NCBI GenBank assembly: GCA_965221695.1
Contig: OZ244905.1
Coordinates: 2,752,001-2,816,000, forward strand
Source of the DNA: Gammaproteobacteria bacterium
Lineage (GTDB): Bacteria; Pseudomonadota; Gammaproteobacteria; Eutrophobiales; Eutrophobiaceae
Length of the DNA: 64,000 nucleotides
Direction: 5' to 3'
Of the stretch, positions 10,282 to 20,091 are shown one piece after another. Under the pieces are notes generated by a model, which made no database searches, was not told the origin of the DNA, and saw only the letters and a program-made list of their open reading frames with translations. A program made the translations under genes and the position numbers. The stretch's first letter is position 1; each line of letters opens with the position of its first letter.

Positions 10282-10300
10282 TTAGTTTTGGAGACAACTT

Positions 10301-11161
10301 ATGCAATGGCAAATAGGCAAGGTAAAAATAACCCGTGTGGTTGAGTTGGTCGTCAGCGGAGACAACGAATTTGTGTTGCCGGACGCGCAAAACGAAAAGT
10401 GCCTGGCATACGACTGGATGCAGCCGCACTTCATGGATGAAAAAGGGTTTCTTCTTTTCAGCGTGCATGGTCTGATTGTCGATACCGGCGCCCACAAGGT
10501 CATGGTCGACACCTGTATCGGCAATGACAAGCAGTTGGCGGTTCCCACCTGGAATAATATGCAGACGAACTTTCTGGAAGACATGAAGGCCGCCGGGTAT
10601 GCGCGGGAGGATATCGATACGGTGCTGTGCACGCATCTTCACGTCGACCATGTGGGTTGGAATACCATGCTGGTGGACGGTAAATGGACGCCAACCTTCA
10701 ACAACGCCCGCTACCTGGTGGCGAAATCAGAGTGGGAGCACTGGGATGCCCATGAGGAGGAGATTGAGATAGGCCCGGTCATGCAGCAGTCCGTCCGGCC
10801 TGTAGTAGAGGCGGGGTTGATGGAACTGGTTGATCAGGATTACAGGGTCTGTCCCGAAATTAGACTGATACCGACACCCGGCCATACTCCGGGTCATGTG
10901 AGCGTGCTGATCTCGTCCGAAGACAACCAGGCGCTGATTACCGGCGATTTTATCCACCACCCGGTACAGATGACACGGCCTGATTGGTGCAGTTCGGCAG
11001 ATTCCGACTCCGCGCAAGGCCTGCTCACCAGGAAGGAGATCCTGGAACGGTATGCCGCCACCGAGGTCCTGATTATCGGCAGCCATTTCCCCACACCGAC
11101 CGCCGGTTATATCAAGCCCATGAGTAACGGTGATAATTACTGGCTGGACGTGAATGATTGA
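10301..11161 (+). CDS. MBL-fold metallo-hydrolase
   Basis: THLHVDHVG (HxHxDH), PGHTPGH, TGD and GSHF motifs. Confidence 0.92.
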   Translation: MQWQIGKVKITRVVELVVSGDNEFVLPDAQNEKCLAYDWMQPHFMDEKGFLLFSVHGLIVDTGAHKVMVDTCIGNDKQLAVPTWNNMQTNFLEDMKAAGYAREDIDTVLCTHLHVDHVGWNTMLVDGKWTPTFNNARYLVAKSEWEHWDAHEEEIEIGPVMQQSVRPVVEAGLMELVDQDYRVCPEIRLIPTPGHTPGHVSVLISSEDNQALITGDFIHHPVQMTRPDWCSSADSDSAQGLLTRKEILERYAATEVLIIGSHFPTPTAGYIKPMSNGDNYWLDVND

Positions 11162-11173
11162 CCGGAGTTTCTT

Positions 11174-12352
11174 ATGACCCGTATCAAGTCGGTGGCCCTG
11201 ACGGAATTTGAGTTTGGCGTGGACAACATAGGGCTGGAGACCGCGGCTGCCGGTGTCGGCAACATGGCCTATGTCAAGGGCAACCGGTTCAAGGCCAGGC
11301 GCTGGGCCGTAAGCATCAGCGCCGACGAAGGCGCAACAGGTGAATATGTGACCAACTGGGTGGGAACGCCGTCATCGTTCGGCCAGGCATCCATGCTGGC
11401 GCCGTTGCTCGTCGGGCGTGACCCCGAACACAGGGAACAGATCTACAACGACCTGAAATGGGAAATACGGGCCTATGACCACATGGGGCACGGCCCATTG
11501 GATATTGCCTTGTGGGACCTGGCAGGCAAGCTCCACGGCGTATCCATCAAGAGCATGCTTGGCGGCTACCGTGACAGGTTGCCGGTCTACGCGAGCACCT
11601 ACGGGGGCCAGGAAAGCCCGGGCGGGTTGCACACGCCGGCGGATTTTGCCGACTATGCCGAACACTGCCTCGCTGCCGGTTTCCACGGCTTCAAGATCCA
11701 CGGCTGGCGCAACAGCATACTGGCGCGTGAGATGGAAAACCTGCGCGGCGTGCGGGACAGGGTGGGAGATGATTACCCGGTGATGATTGATCCGGCCTGC
11801 ATGCTGGAAACCTGGATGGATGCCCTGGAACTGGGCAGGGTAGCCGACGAGGTCGGTTGCCTCTGGTATGAAGACCCCTACAAGGACGCGTCGGTCTCCG
11901 CGTTCGCGCACAGCCGCCTGCGGGAAAAACTGAAAACGCCGTTACTGGTCAGCGAGCATGTGCGCGGCCTGGAACAGAAAGCGTCCTTTCTGGTCAACGG
12001 CGGGTGCGACATGATCCATGCAGACCCGGAATACGATATGGGCATCACGGGCGTAATGAAAATAGCCCATTTCTGCGAAGCCATGGGACTGGATGTGCAG
12101 ATTCATGCTGTCGGCCCCGCCCATCGCCTGTGCATGTCGGCGATGCGCAACACCCTGATGTATGAAATGGCGCTGGTCGGCCCGGACATGCCCAACATCG
12201 TAGCGCCGGTATATACCTGTGGCTACTCGGATCGGGCGGAGGACCTGCCCGCCGACGGATTTCTGCCCGTTCCCGACGGCCCCGGCCTGGGCGTCAGCTA
12301 TGACTGGGACTATATAAATGCCCACCAGACCAGGCGCCTGGTGTTTGAGTAA
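11174..12352 (+). CDS. Mandelate racemase family protein (enolase superfamily)
   Basis: DIALWDLAGK, MIDPA / WYEDP / VSEH metal ligands, PGLGV. Confidence 0.9.
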   Translation: MTRIKSVALTEFEFGVDNIGLETAAAGVGNMAYVKGNRFKARRWAVSISADEGATGEYVTNWVGTPSSFGQASMLAPLLVGRDPEHREQIYNDLKWEIRAYDHMGHGPLDIALWDLAGKLHGVSIKSMLGGYRDRLPVYASTYGGQESPGGLHTPADFADYAEHCLAAGFHGFKIHGWRNSILAREMENLRGVRDRVGDDYPVMIDPACMLETWMDALELGRVADEVGCLWYEDPYKDASVSAFAHSRLREKLKTPLLVSEHVRGLEQKASFLVNGGCDMIHADPEYDMGITGVMKIAHFCEAMGLDVQIHAVGPAHRLCMSAMRNTLMYEMALVGPDMPNIVAPVYTCGYSDRAEDLPADGFLPVPDGPGLGVSYDWDYINAHQTRRLVFE

Positions 12353-12450
12353 CGGAGGTCAGCAGGCAAAGACCCAGGGCAGGCCGGCAGCAATCCGGAA
12401 ACAGCGAACCGCCGGTTGAACCTCAGAAGCCCCCTGGTCCGGTCTCGCTT

Positions 12451-14790
12451 TTACCAGTTATAACCGACTTCAACGCCATAGGTGCGCGGCGGTCCTTGCA
12501 TCTGATGGGCAAATCCCAGGGCCGAAATAATATCCTGGCCGGAGGACATGTACTTTGCGTTAGTGAGATTCATGACCCACACCGCTGCGTCCCAGTTGCC
12601 GTTATCCTGTTGGAAACTAAGACGCCCGTTCAGTAGGAAGTAGCCGTCTTCTTCCAGGATCAGGCGGTTGTTGGGTTCCAGGAAATGCTCGTCGACATAC
12701 TTGAAGTCAGCCTGGAGGTAAGGACGAACTCCTCCCATCATGGGCAACTCGTAACGCGCTCTCCCATTGAAGGACCAGTCGGGCGCGTTGGTAATTTCAT
12801 TACCCTTGATGGTTGAGGCTGGTCCGCCTGCCAACGAAGACAGGACCACATCGGTCTTGACGATCTCGTTATCCAGCCAGCTTAAGCCGACATCAATATA
12901 GAGCCGGTCAGTCATCAGCCATTGCAGAGAACCCTCGGCCCCGAAGATTTCCACATCGCCGGCGTTCTGTAGGCGGGCGCTCACCTCGGTACCGCGCACG
13001 AAGGTAGCCTGGTACCCTTCAAAGTCATAGAAGAATCCGCTGCCGTTGAACTGCATGCGTCCGTCCAGCAAGGTCCACTTGAAGCCGCCCTCGTAGGCTC
13101 GCAGGGATTCGACGCCGAACGGCTGCAACGACGGCTGGGAAAAAATTACCGCGCCGGAATACCCACCACTGCGGAAACCTTCGCTGACTGATATATACCA
13201 CATCATATCGTCGGTCGGGCTGTATTTGAGTGCGACACGGAAGTCCACGTTTTCCTCTTCCTGTTTGTTGTCGAAATCCAAGGGGCCGCCAGGCATAAAC
13301 CCGTCGCAAGTGCCGCCTGCTGTAATAGGCAAGGCTGACAATGGACAAGGTGTGAAACCGGGAGTTGTCAGGGAAGTAAAAGCGTCATCAAGGTCGGTAT
13401 ACGTGCCGATAAATGAGCCGCCTGTCCATTCGCGCTCTTCATAGGTAAAACGCAAACCTGCCTCGGCCTCGATCTGGTCGGTAAGTGGGACGGTGATATC
13501 GCCGAAGACGGCCCAGGATTCCGTATCCTGGTCGGCTCCGTTGCTGGTCGGAATCGCGACGGCGCTAAGGTCAATCGTCTGGAACCAAGCGATGTCGCTC
13601 TGAAAATAAAAACCGCCTATGATCCACGCAAATCCCCAGGAATCATCCGACGTGATACGCACTTCCTGGCTGAAGCTGTCTACCTCGCTATCGATGGTGT
13701 CGTTATTACCGATCTTGAACCGTGAGGCGTCGAGGTCCTGCGATTGCTCCTTTTCGAATTGCTCGTAACCGCTGATCGCGGTGACGCTGAAACGCGGCAA
13801 ACGCCAGTTGATATGCGCCACCACGTTATGATTTTCCATTTCGACCATGGGCTCGGCGTCGGCCTCGGTATCGAAGCGGTTGTCGTCCGGGTCAAAATGT
13901 CCCAGCAATCCCACGCACTGCCCCTCAGCGCGTTTTCCCGCCAGCACGGGGGCGCAGACTCCACCCCCGGCAGGGTCAAGCGCATGGGAAGGTTCGAGCA
14001 GCGGCTCCTCTGACTCGTGGTAACCGTAGTTGAAGATCACACGGGCATCGAAATCCTCTGTCGGCAGCCAATGGAGCTGGCCGCGCACAGCAAAGCGGTC
14101 GTCGTCACCCATTGTATTTTCTGTCAGGCGGTTGTAAGAGTAACCTGAACCTGAATCGCTGAGCTGTCCGGCAACCGATACCCGACCCAGCAGGGTTTCA
14201 GAGAGCGGGCCGCTTACCGCGCCCTCGACTGTGGCGGTGTTGTAGCGCTGGTAACCGGCGCGCAAATAGCCTTCCGCTTCAGCCGTGGGCAGGGCCGAGA
14301 TAATGTTGACCGCGCCGCCAGTGCTGTTGCGGCCGTAGAGTGTTCCCTGCGGACCCTTGAGCACTTCAACCCGCTCTACATCCATCAGGGCGAAGTTCAG
14401 GGTATCCGGTGTCGGCTTGTAGACCTCGTCCACATAGACGCCGACCGATGAATCAACCGTGCCGGTGAAATCGTTAATCCCCACGCCACGCAGGTAAAAA
14501 CTCACGGTTCGCAGTCCGTTCGGACCCAGCTTGGTGAGCAGTCCCGGTGTCTGCATGGCCAGGTCCCTCGGTTCCTTGATGCGAAGCGAGTAAAGGTCTT
14601 CGCCTGAAAACACCGTGACCGGATTGGCGACATTCTGGAGCGTCTCCTCACGCTTCTGGGCAGTTACCACGATTTCTTCCAACACCTGGCCCGGCGCAGT
14701 GACACAGAATATAAACAAACCGAAGGCAACGCACAGGTTACGGCAGAAATGGGAAATTCGTAACCGTTGGAAAGTTGTTTGCGATGGCAT
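12451..14790 (-). CDS. TonB-dependent receptor
   Basis: LEEIVVTAQKRE, RVEVLKGPQGTLYGRNSTGG, PRTYG and C-terminal Trp. Confidence 0.95.
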   Translation of the reverse strand: MPSQTTFQRLRISHFCRNLCVAFGLFIFCVTAPGQVLEEIVVTAQKREETLQNVANPVTVFSGEDLYSLRIKEPRDLAMQTPGLLTKLGPNGLRTVSFYLRGVGINDFTGTVDSSVGVYVDEVYKPTPDTLNFALMDVERVEVLKGPQGTLYGRNSTGGAVNIISALPTAEAEGYLRAGYQRYNTATVEGAVSGPLSETLLGRVSVAGQLSDSGSGYSYNRLTENTMGDDDRFAVRGQLHWLPTEDFDARVIFNYGYHESEEPLLEPSHALDPAGGGVCAPVLAGKRAEGQCVGLLGHFDPDDNRFDTEADAEPMVEMENHNVVAHINWRLPRFSVTAISGYEQFEKEQSQDLDASRFKIGNNDTIDSEVDSFSQEVRITSDDSWGFAWIIGGFYFQSDIAWFQTIDLSAVAIPTSNGADQDTESWAVFGDITVPLTDQIEAEAGLRFTYEEREWTGGSFIGTYTDLDDAFTSLTTPGFTPCPLSALPITAGGTCDGFMPGGPLDFDNKQEEENVDFRVALKYSPTDDMMWYISVSEGFRSGGYSGAVIFSQPSLQPFGVESLRAYEGGFKWTLLDGRMQFNGSGFFYDFEGYQATFVRGTEVSARLQNAGDVEIFGAEGSLQWLMTDRLYIDVGLSWLDNEIVKTDVVLSSLAGGPASTIKGNEITNAPDWSFNGRARYELPMMGGVRPYLQADFKYVDEHFLEPNNRLILEEDGYFLLNGRLSFQQDNGNWDAAVWVMNLTNAKYMSSGQDIISALGFAHQMQGPPRTYGVEVGYNW

Positions 14791-14892
14791 CTGACAAGCC
14801 CCCCTGACAGGTGTTGTATTTATAAAACAACCGGGAACAATTTCTTGGAACAGACTATCCTCATATTAGCTGAAACTGAATTGGAATTCAAT

Positions 14893-15951
14893 TTACGAAC
14901 CCGCAACCTCGCGCAACCAGTTAAATTTGTCCGGCGCCCGACCTTCCTGAATATCAAGCAGTTCCTCTCGCAATCTTTTGGCGACAGGACCGCAAGCCTC
15001 AGGCAATTCAAAGGTAGCGCCGTCTTTTTCAGCTATCACACTGATAGGCGCAACGATTGCCGCGGTGCCACAGGCAAAGGCCTCGGTGCACCGTTCAGCG
15101 CGGATTTGCCGCAGCAACGTATCAATAGCCAGCCTTTCCTCCCGAACCGGAAGGCCATGATCTTTTGCCAGGGCAATCACCGAATCCCGGGTAACACCGG
15201 GGAGAATCGTGCCGCACAGTTCGGGGGTATGCAGTTCCCCGTCGATCACCGCGAAAAAATTCATTGCCGACAGTTCTTCAATGTATCTTTGCTCACGCGC
15301 GTCAAGCCAAAGTGTTTGGTGAAAACCGCTATCCATTGCTGTCGATGTTGCATAAAGGGATGCGCCATAATTACCACTGGCCTTGATATTTCCGACGCCG
15401 CCTGTTGACGCGCGAGTCCCTTCTCGCTCCACCACGACACGCAGACTGCCCGTGACCAGGGCATCCGAGGGACTTCCGATGACAAAAAATGAAAAGCGGT
15501 CGGATGTGAAAAAACCCAGTGAAGGATGAGTCGCGAACATCAACGGACGCAGGTAGAGCGATTGGCCTGATAATCCCGGAACGAGCGGGCCGGCATAGGC
15601 GGAAACCGCGGACACGCCTTCAATAAAAAATGATTCTGGCAGTTCAGGCATGAGCATACGCGTCGCCGAGCGGTTAAGCCGGGCGGCATTCATTTCCGGC
15701 CTGAATAATTTTATCTGCTTATGTTCTCCCCGATAGGCTTTCAGTCCCTCAAAGACGACCTGTGCGAAATGGAATATCCTGGCAGCGGGATCGATGGTTA
15801 TCTCAGCATAAGGAAGCAATTCGCCTTCGCCCCATTCGCCGTCTGTATAATCAACGCGGTACATGATCGGCGCGAGAGTCTGCCCGAAGCATAATTCCTC
15901 CGGCAACTCGAAGCGTTCAACGGCGGACATCACATTCGGATGGACTTTCAT
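14893..15951 (-). CDS. ilvE: Branched-chain amino acid aminotransferase (class IV PLP)
   Basis: FEGLKAY, YLRP, IKASGNY (PLP Lys), ILPGVTR, CGTAA; start moved to the ATG of MKVHPN to avoid overlap. Confidence 0.85.
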   Translation of the reverse strand: MKVHPNVMSAVERFELPEELCFGQTLAPIMYRVDYTDGEWGEGELLPYAEITIDPAARIFHFAQVVFEGLKAYRGEHKQIKLFRPEMNAARLNRSATRMLMPELPESFFIEGVSAVSAYAGPLVPGLSGQSLYLRPLMFATHPSLGFFTSDRFSFFVIGSPSDALVTGSLRVVVEREGTRASTGGVGNIKASGNYGASLYATSTAMDSGFHQTLWLDAREQRYIEELSAMNFFAVIDGELHTPELCGTILPGVTRDSVIALAKDHGLPVREERLAIDTLLRQIRAERCTEAFACGTAAIVAPISVIAEKDGATFELPEACGPVAKRLREELLDIQEGRAPDKFNWLREVAGS

Positions 15952-15997
15952 GGGGATTTTTGACGGGGCCAGTAATGGTAAGATACAGTTGCCTGTT

Positions 15998-17227
15998 TCA
16001 TTCGGGCAGACCGTTTTCAATAATATCAGAAACCAGTTCGCCCAGCACCTCAATCCCCAGGGCTATATCTTCCTGATGGGTGTCCTCGGCAACAACATGG
16101 CTGTGGCCGCCGACGCTGGGCACAAAAATCATGGCGGTAGGCGTTTTTTTTGCAAACAACATACAATCATGGCCGCCGCCGCTGGGCATGCGCATGCATG
16201 GGGCGTCGCAACGCATTGCAGCCGCTTCCAGGCGTTCAACGAGGTTTGAATCCATGGTTTCCGAAGCAATTTGGACGCCAGGGACCCATTTATGACCGAC
16301 TCTGTGTTTTGCTCCCACTTCAGCCGCTAGCCTGGGGATAGCCTGGTTGATACGGCTGAGTATTTCCGCTGAGCCGTCCCGATATTCGATTAACGCCTCC
16401 GCCTCCCGGGCGGTTACATTATACGCTCCCGGTTCCAGGCGCAAATTGCCGATATTCCAAACCGTAGAAGCGCTGCCGTGTTGGCGGCAAAAATCCGCAA
16501 ACAGCGTGGCAAATTCATAGGCCGCGGCCGCGGCATCCTTGCGCATCGTCATCGGTACGGTGCCTGCATGCCCCGCCTCGCCGAAGAAAAATACTTGAGA
16601 CCGGCCAACGCCGACAATTTCGGTGACAATGCCGATGATCTTGCCATGACTTTCCAGCATCGGGCCTTGTTCGATGTGCGCTTCGATGCAAGCGACATCC
16701 CGGAGCGAATCAAATCCGGCGATCGCGCGACCTGCATAGCCGGCCTCGCGTAACGCGTCTTTCAGCGCAGTACCGTCATCGGCAACGGCTTCTAGCGCTT
16801 GCTCCGGCGATTTCAGTCCGGTGTAAACGGAACTGCCGAGCAATCCGCTGAAACGGCCCTCTTCGTCGCTGAAAGATGTGGCTTTTACGCCGATATCGGC
16901 GCTGCCGCCTGCTTCCTGCAATGCTCTGGCTATCTCCAGCCCAAAGATGACACCCAAGGCGCCATCCAGCCATCCACCCTTGGGAACGGTATCTGAATGA
17001 GAGCCGATAATAATATAGCGTTTGCAGCCCGGCGTTTTTCCTATTACGTTGCCGATACCGTCAATCTCGGCATCCAACCCGGCTGTCTGCATACGCGCCA
17101 GTAACCAGGCGCGCGCGGCAATATCTTCCGGAGTGAACCCGCGCCGGTTTACGCCTGATTCAAATTTGCCGAATTCAGCCAACCGCTGTAAATCTTCAAT
17201 CACCCTGTTTGTATCAACCGCCAACAT
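15998..17227 (-). CDS. Zn-dependent M20 amidohydrolase (N-carbamoyl-amino acid / allantoate amidohydrolase family)
   Basis: GSHSDTVPKGGWLDGALG, DEEG, EAHIEQGP, HAGTVPM, SGGGHD. Confidence 0.9.
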   Translation of the reverse strand: MLAVDTNRVIEDLQRLAEFGKFESGVNRRGFTPEDIAARAWLLARMQTAGLDAEIDGIGNVIGKTPGCKRYIIIGSHSDTVPKGGWLDGALGVIFGLEIARALQEAGGSADIGVKATSFSDEEGRFSGLLGSSVYTGLKSPEQALEAVADDGTALKDALREAGYAGRAIAGFDSLRDVACIEAHIEQGPMLESHGKIIGIVTEIVGVGRSQVFFFGEAGHAGTVPMTMRKDAAAAAYEFATLFADFCRQHGSASTVWNIGNLRLEPGAYNVTAREAEALIEYRDGSAEILSRINQAIPRLAAEVGAKHRVGHKWVPGVQIASETMDSNLVERLEAAAMRCDAPCMRMPSGGGHDCMLFAKKTPTAMIFVPSVGGHSHVVAEDTHQEDIALGIEVLGELVSDIIENGLPE

Positions 17228-17230
17228 TTA

Positions 17231-18622
17231 TCAGGCGCTTCCTTGTTCGATGTCGGATCGATTTGACAAAGCATTGAACAGACGATCAAAAACGATATAG
17301 CCGACTATTCCAAGTGGTAATCCCACCAGCCAGGAAATCTGCAGCCACCAGACCATGGTGACGGTGGAAGCTCCCAGTGTGCTGATGATAGCGGCCGGGT
17401 TCAACCCGACAATGTGCCAATACCTGCTCTCCGGGGTCTCGTCGTACAGATCTTTCACCGATAACGGATCTTTTTCCAACCAGCGCTGGGCGAGCATGCA
17501 ACCCAGCAGCGGTCCGAAAAAGGCAGTGTAGTAATTAATGAAAGAAACAAAATGCGCGCCGCTTTCAAGCAGAACCCAGGGAAAGGAGAGACTCGCAAGA
17601 ATACCCGTTAGAATAACTCCCTTTTGCCAACTGAATCCGAACAACTCTTCGAAAATGAATGCCGGGGGTAAGATATTTATGGTTAAATTTGTGCTGAATT
17701 GTGCGACCAGGATGAAAACCAACATCAGTATCATGACAACCGGGCCTGGCGACAATTGCATCAATGCTTGGATGGGGTCCCATTGACCGGTTGTCACCGC
17801 GGACACGAAGCCAAGAAACATCATCAATCCCAACGGGGGGATGATTCCGAATAAATGCCCCAGCCACATGCTGCGTTGTTTGTTTTCGAGATAACGGGTC
17901 AAGTCGCTGGCGCTGACCATGACCGCGACAAGAATGCCCACGGTGGCGTTCACCCCGGTCCAGAATGACCAGCCCCAGTCGCCGCTGATGCGCCAGGTCT
18001 CGCTGATTTCAAACTGCTCGCTTTTCAATGTAGAAAACAGCATCTGCACAATGATTATCACCAGCGCGATGGATGCCCCTACAGTAAACCATTTCATCAT
18101 GCGAATACCGCGTGCAGCAAACCAGGTTTGAACGATAAGAAAAGCAATAAAATAAATGAGTTGGATGCCGTCGGCGGTGAATCCGACCAGGGTTCGGATA
18201 ATGCCGTCCATGGCCAGCGCCGCAATCCAGGTGCCGAAGCCATACCAGACAATGGCCGGCAGCAGGCGAATCAGCTCGGGGAGCCGCGCCCCGCGAATAC
18301 CGAAAGACGCTCGCGCCTGGATACAAAACGGAATCCCGTACTGTAATCCGGCCTGACCGTTGAGACTCATGAACACGGTCATGATCAGCGCAGATACCAG
18401 TATGACGGCGGCGCCTTGGACCAGGGAAAGATTTCCTTGGGGCGGCAGCAACGCCTGACCCAGCACGAAGCCCTGGATAACAATGAGCGACGCCCAAAGC
18501 ATCAATGTGTAGGACAGCAGGTTGAATACCCTGTCACCGAGACCGATCGGTTTCAGGCTTTCGATTCTTGAATTGCCAGCGTTATTATTCATTGTTGACT
18601 GGTATGCCGGTCCGGCAGCCAT
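17231..18622 (-). CDS. NCS1 family nucleobase/allantoin/hydantoin permease
   Basis: GIPFCIQARASFGIRG, WYG, SDLTRY, STN motifs; about 12 TM segments. Confidence 0.9.
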   Translation of the reverse strand: MAAGPAYQSTMNNNAGNSRIESLKPIGLGDRVFNLLSYTLMLWASLIVIQGFVLGQALLPPQGNLSLVQGAAVILVSALIMTVFMSLNGQAGLQYGIPFCIQARASFGIRGARLPELIRLLPAIVWYGFGTWIAALAMDGIIRTLVGFTADGIQLIYFIAFLIVQTWFAARGIRMMKWFTVGASIALVIIIVQMLFSTLKSEQFEISETWRISGDWGWSFWTGVNATVGILVAVMVSASDLTRYLENKQRSMWLGHLFGIIPPLGLMMFLGFVSAVTTGQWDPIQALMQLSPGPVVMILMLVFILVAQFSTNLTINILPPAFIFEELFGFSWQKGVILTGILASLSFPWVLLESGAHFVSFINYYTAFFGPLLGCMLAQRWLEKDPLSVKDLYDETPESRYWHIVGLNPAAIISTLGASTVTMVWWLQISWLVGLPLGIVGYIVFDRLFNALSNRSDIEQGSA

Positions 18623-18655
18623 GAGTTGTGACTGGCATGAATAATGGAGTCAGGG

Positions 18656-19582
18656 TTAATTTCTGTAAGGATGCGCCGCAATCCAGTGCTTGGCAATATC
18701 AAGCCGGCGGGTGATCCATACATCATCATGCTTCAAGACATAATCGAGAAAGCGTTCAAGGCCGGGAATGCGGGCGGGATGGCCAATGACCCGAAGGTGC
18801 AGGCCAACCGACATCATTCCGGGCTGTGTTTCACCTTCCCGGTACATGACATCGAAACAGTCCTGAAGATAATCGCTGAATTCCCGCGCGGTGGAAAAAG
18901 AACCCAGGGCAAACTTGGCGTCATTATTACTTAGAGTGTAAGGGACAACCAGATGCGGGCGTTCGTTAACCTCAACCCAGTAAGGCAAATCGTCATTATA
19001 CGCATCCGAGTCATAGAGGAAGTTACCCTCTTCGACAATCAGTTGCCTGGTATTGACGCTGGGACCGTAGCGGCAATACCAGCCGTAGGGTCTGTCGCCA
19101 ACCGTGTTTTGCAACGATCTTATGGCCCGGAGGATATGCTCACGCTCTGTATCAATGTCAAGATCGTAATGATTTTCCCAGCGCCAGCCATGACAACAGA
19201 CATCGTAGTTTGCCTGTTTTATCGCTTCAGCAGCAGGAGCATGGCGCTCCAACGCCAGGGCGCAACCAAACACGGTTAACGGAAGGTCGCGTTCCTGAAA
19301 CAAGCGCAATACACGCCAGAACCCAACCCGGGAACCGTACTCGTACATGGATTCCGCGGCCAGGTCGCGACCTTTCAACCCGGGATCGTAACCGCCGACT
19401 TCTGTCAAGGCGTTATCGGAACGAGCATCATTGTCCAGGATTGAATACTCAGATCCTTCTTCATAATTCAAGACAAAATTCAGCGCAAGGCGCGCGCCGC
19501 CAGGCCAGGCCGGATCGGGCCGGTTCGAGCCATAACCAATCAGGTCTCTTTTCGCTGAATAAGCCACTATACATTCATCCAT
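18656..19582 (-). CDS. puuE: Allantoinase PuuE (polysaccharide deacetylase fold)
   Basis: RDLIGYG, WPGGARLALNFVLNYEEG, ESMYEYGSRVGFWR, HGWRW, GLHLR. Confidence 0.85.
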   Translation of the reverse strand: MDECIVAYSAKRDLIGYGSNRPDPAWPGGARLALNFVLNYEEGSEYSILDNDARSDNALTEVGGYDPGLKGRDLAAESMYEYGSRVGFWRVLRLFQERDLPLTVFGCALALERHAPAAEAIKQANYDVCCHGWRWENHYDLDIDTEREHILRAIRSLQNTVGDRPYGWYCRYGPSVNTRQLIVEEGNFLYDSDAYNDDLPYWVEVNERPHLVVPYTLSNNDAKFALGSFSTAREFSDYLQDCFDVMYREGETQPGMMSVGLHLRVIGHPARIPGLERFLDYVLKHDDVWITRRLDIAKHWIAAHPYRN

Positions 19583-19587
19583 CTATG

Positions 19588-20091
19588 TTACGTTTCCGTG
19601 TCAACGGGCAGCGCAACGTCAAACGGCGCATTGATATCAAGAAACTCTTCATCCCCGCTGGTGCCGTCGCACCACATTAAAACTGCCAGCACCGCTGTTT
19701 CATCAAGCACTGTCATGCCGTGGTGCCAGACGCCGCAGCGGTAGGTAATTCCCTGGTCAGCATGAGCCAAAAAGGCCCTGACCCGGGCCAGGTCCGGCCC
19801 CCCGTCATCACTATCCGGCGCGACAATGACAAAATACCTGGATGCCTGCAATGGCAAAAACGTCTGGCTCGAAAATGGGTGGCGTTCCATCACGGTCGCG
19901 CGCAGGGGTAGCTTATCGACCGGTTTTATCGTTGCCAGGGATAGGTCGACACGCGCGCCTGTGCGGGCGTTTTCAAGCAGATCATTGAAGAAATGTCGGG
20001 CGCCTTCAGGCGGCCTCTGAATGACTTCTCCAAATTCGGAAAAATTGTCCTTATTCAAAGGCTCGGTAATGATTTTCGGTATCCGGGTCAC
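19588..20091 (-). CDS. allA: Ureidoglycolate lyase
   Basis: EPL...FGEVI, MERHPFSSQTFLP, QGITY...WHH. Confidence 0.85.
   Translation of the reverse strand: MTRIPKIITEPLNKDNFSEFGEVIQRPPEGARHFFNDLLENARTGARVDLSLATIKPVDKLPLRATVMERHPFSSQTFLPLQASRYFVIVAPDSDDGGPDLARVRAFLAHADQGITYRCGVWHHGMTVLDETAVLAVLMWCDGTSGDEEFLDINAPFDVALPVDTET

Noticed and set aside
10123-10344. ORFs sharing the peptide RETLNKSILDLSE..KQKCDF (also 28425-28622, 32762-33487, 33150-33518) as a small protein family
   Set aside because: They are translations of the MITE. Copy 2 has an internal stop in this frame, and insertion adds 155 bp, which does not preserve frame.
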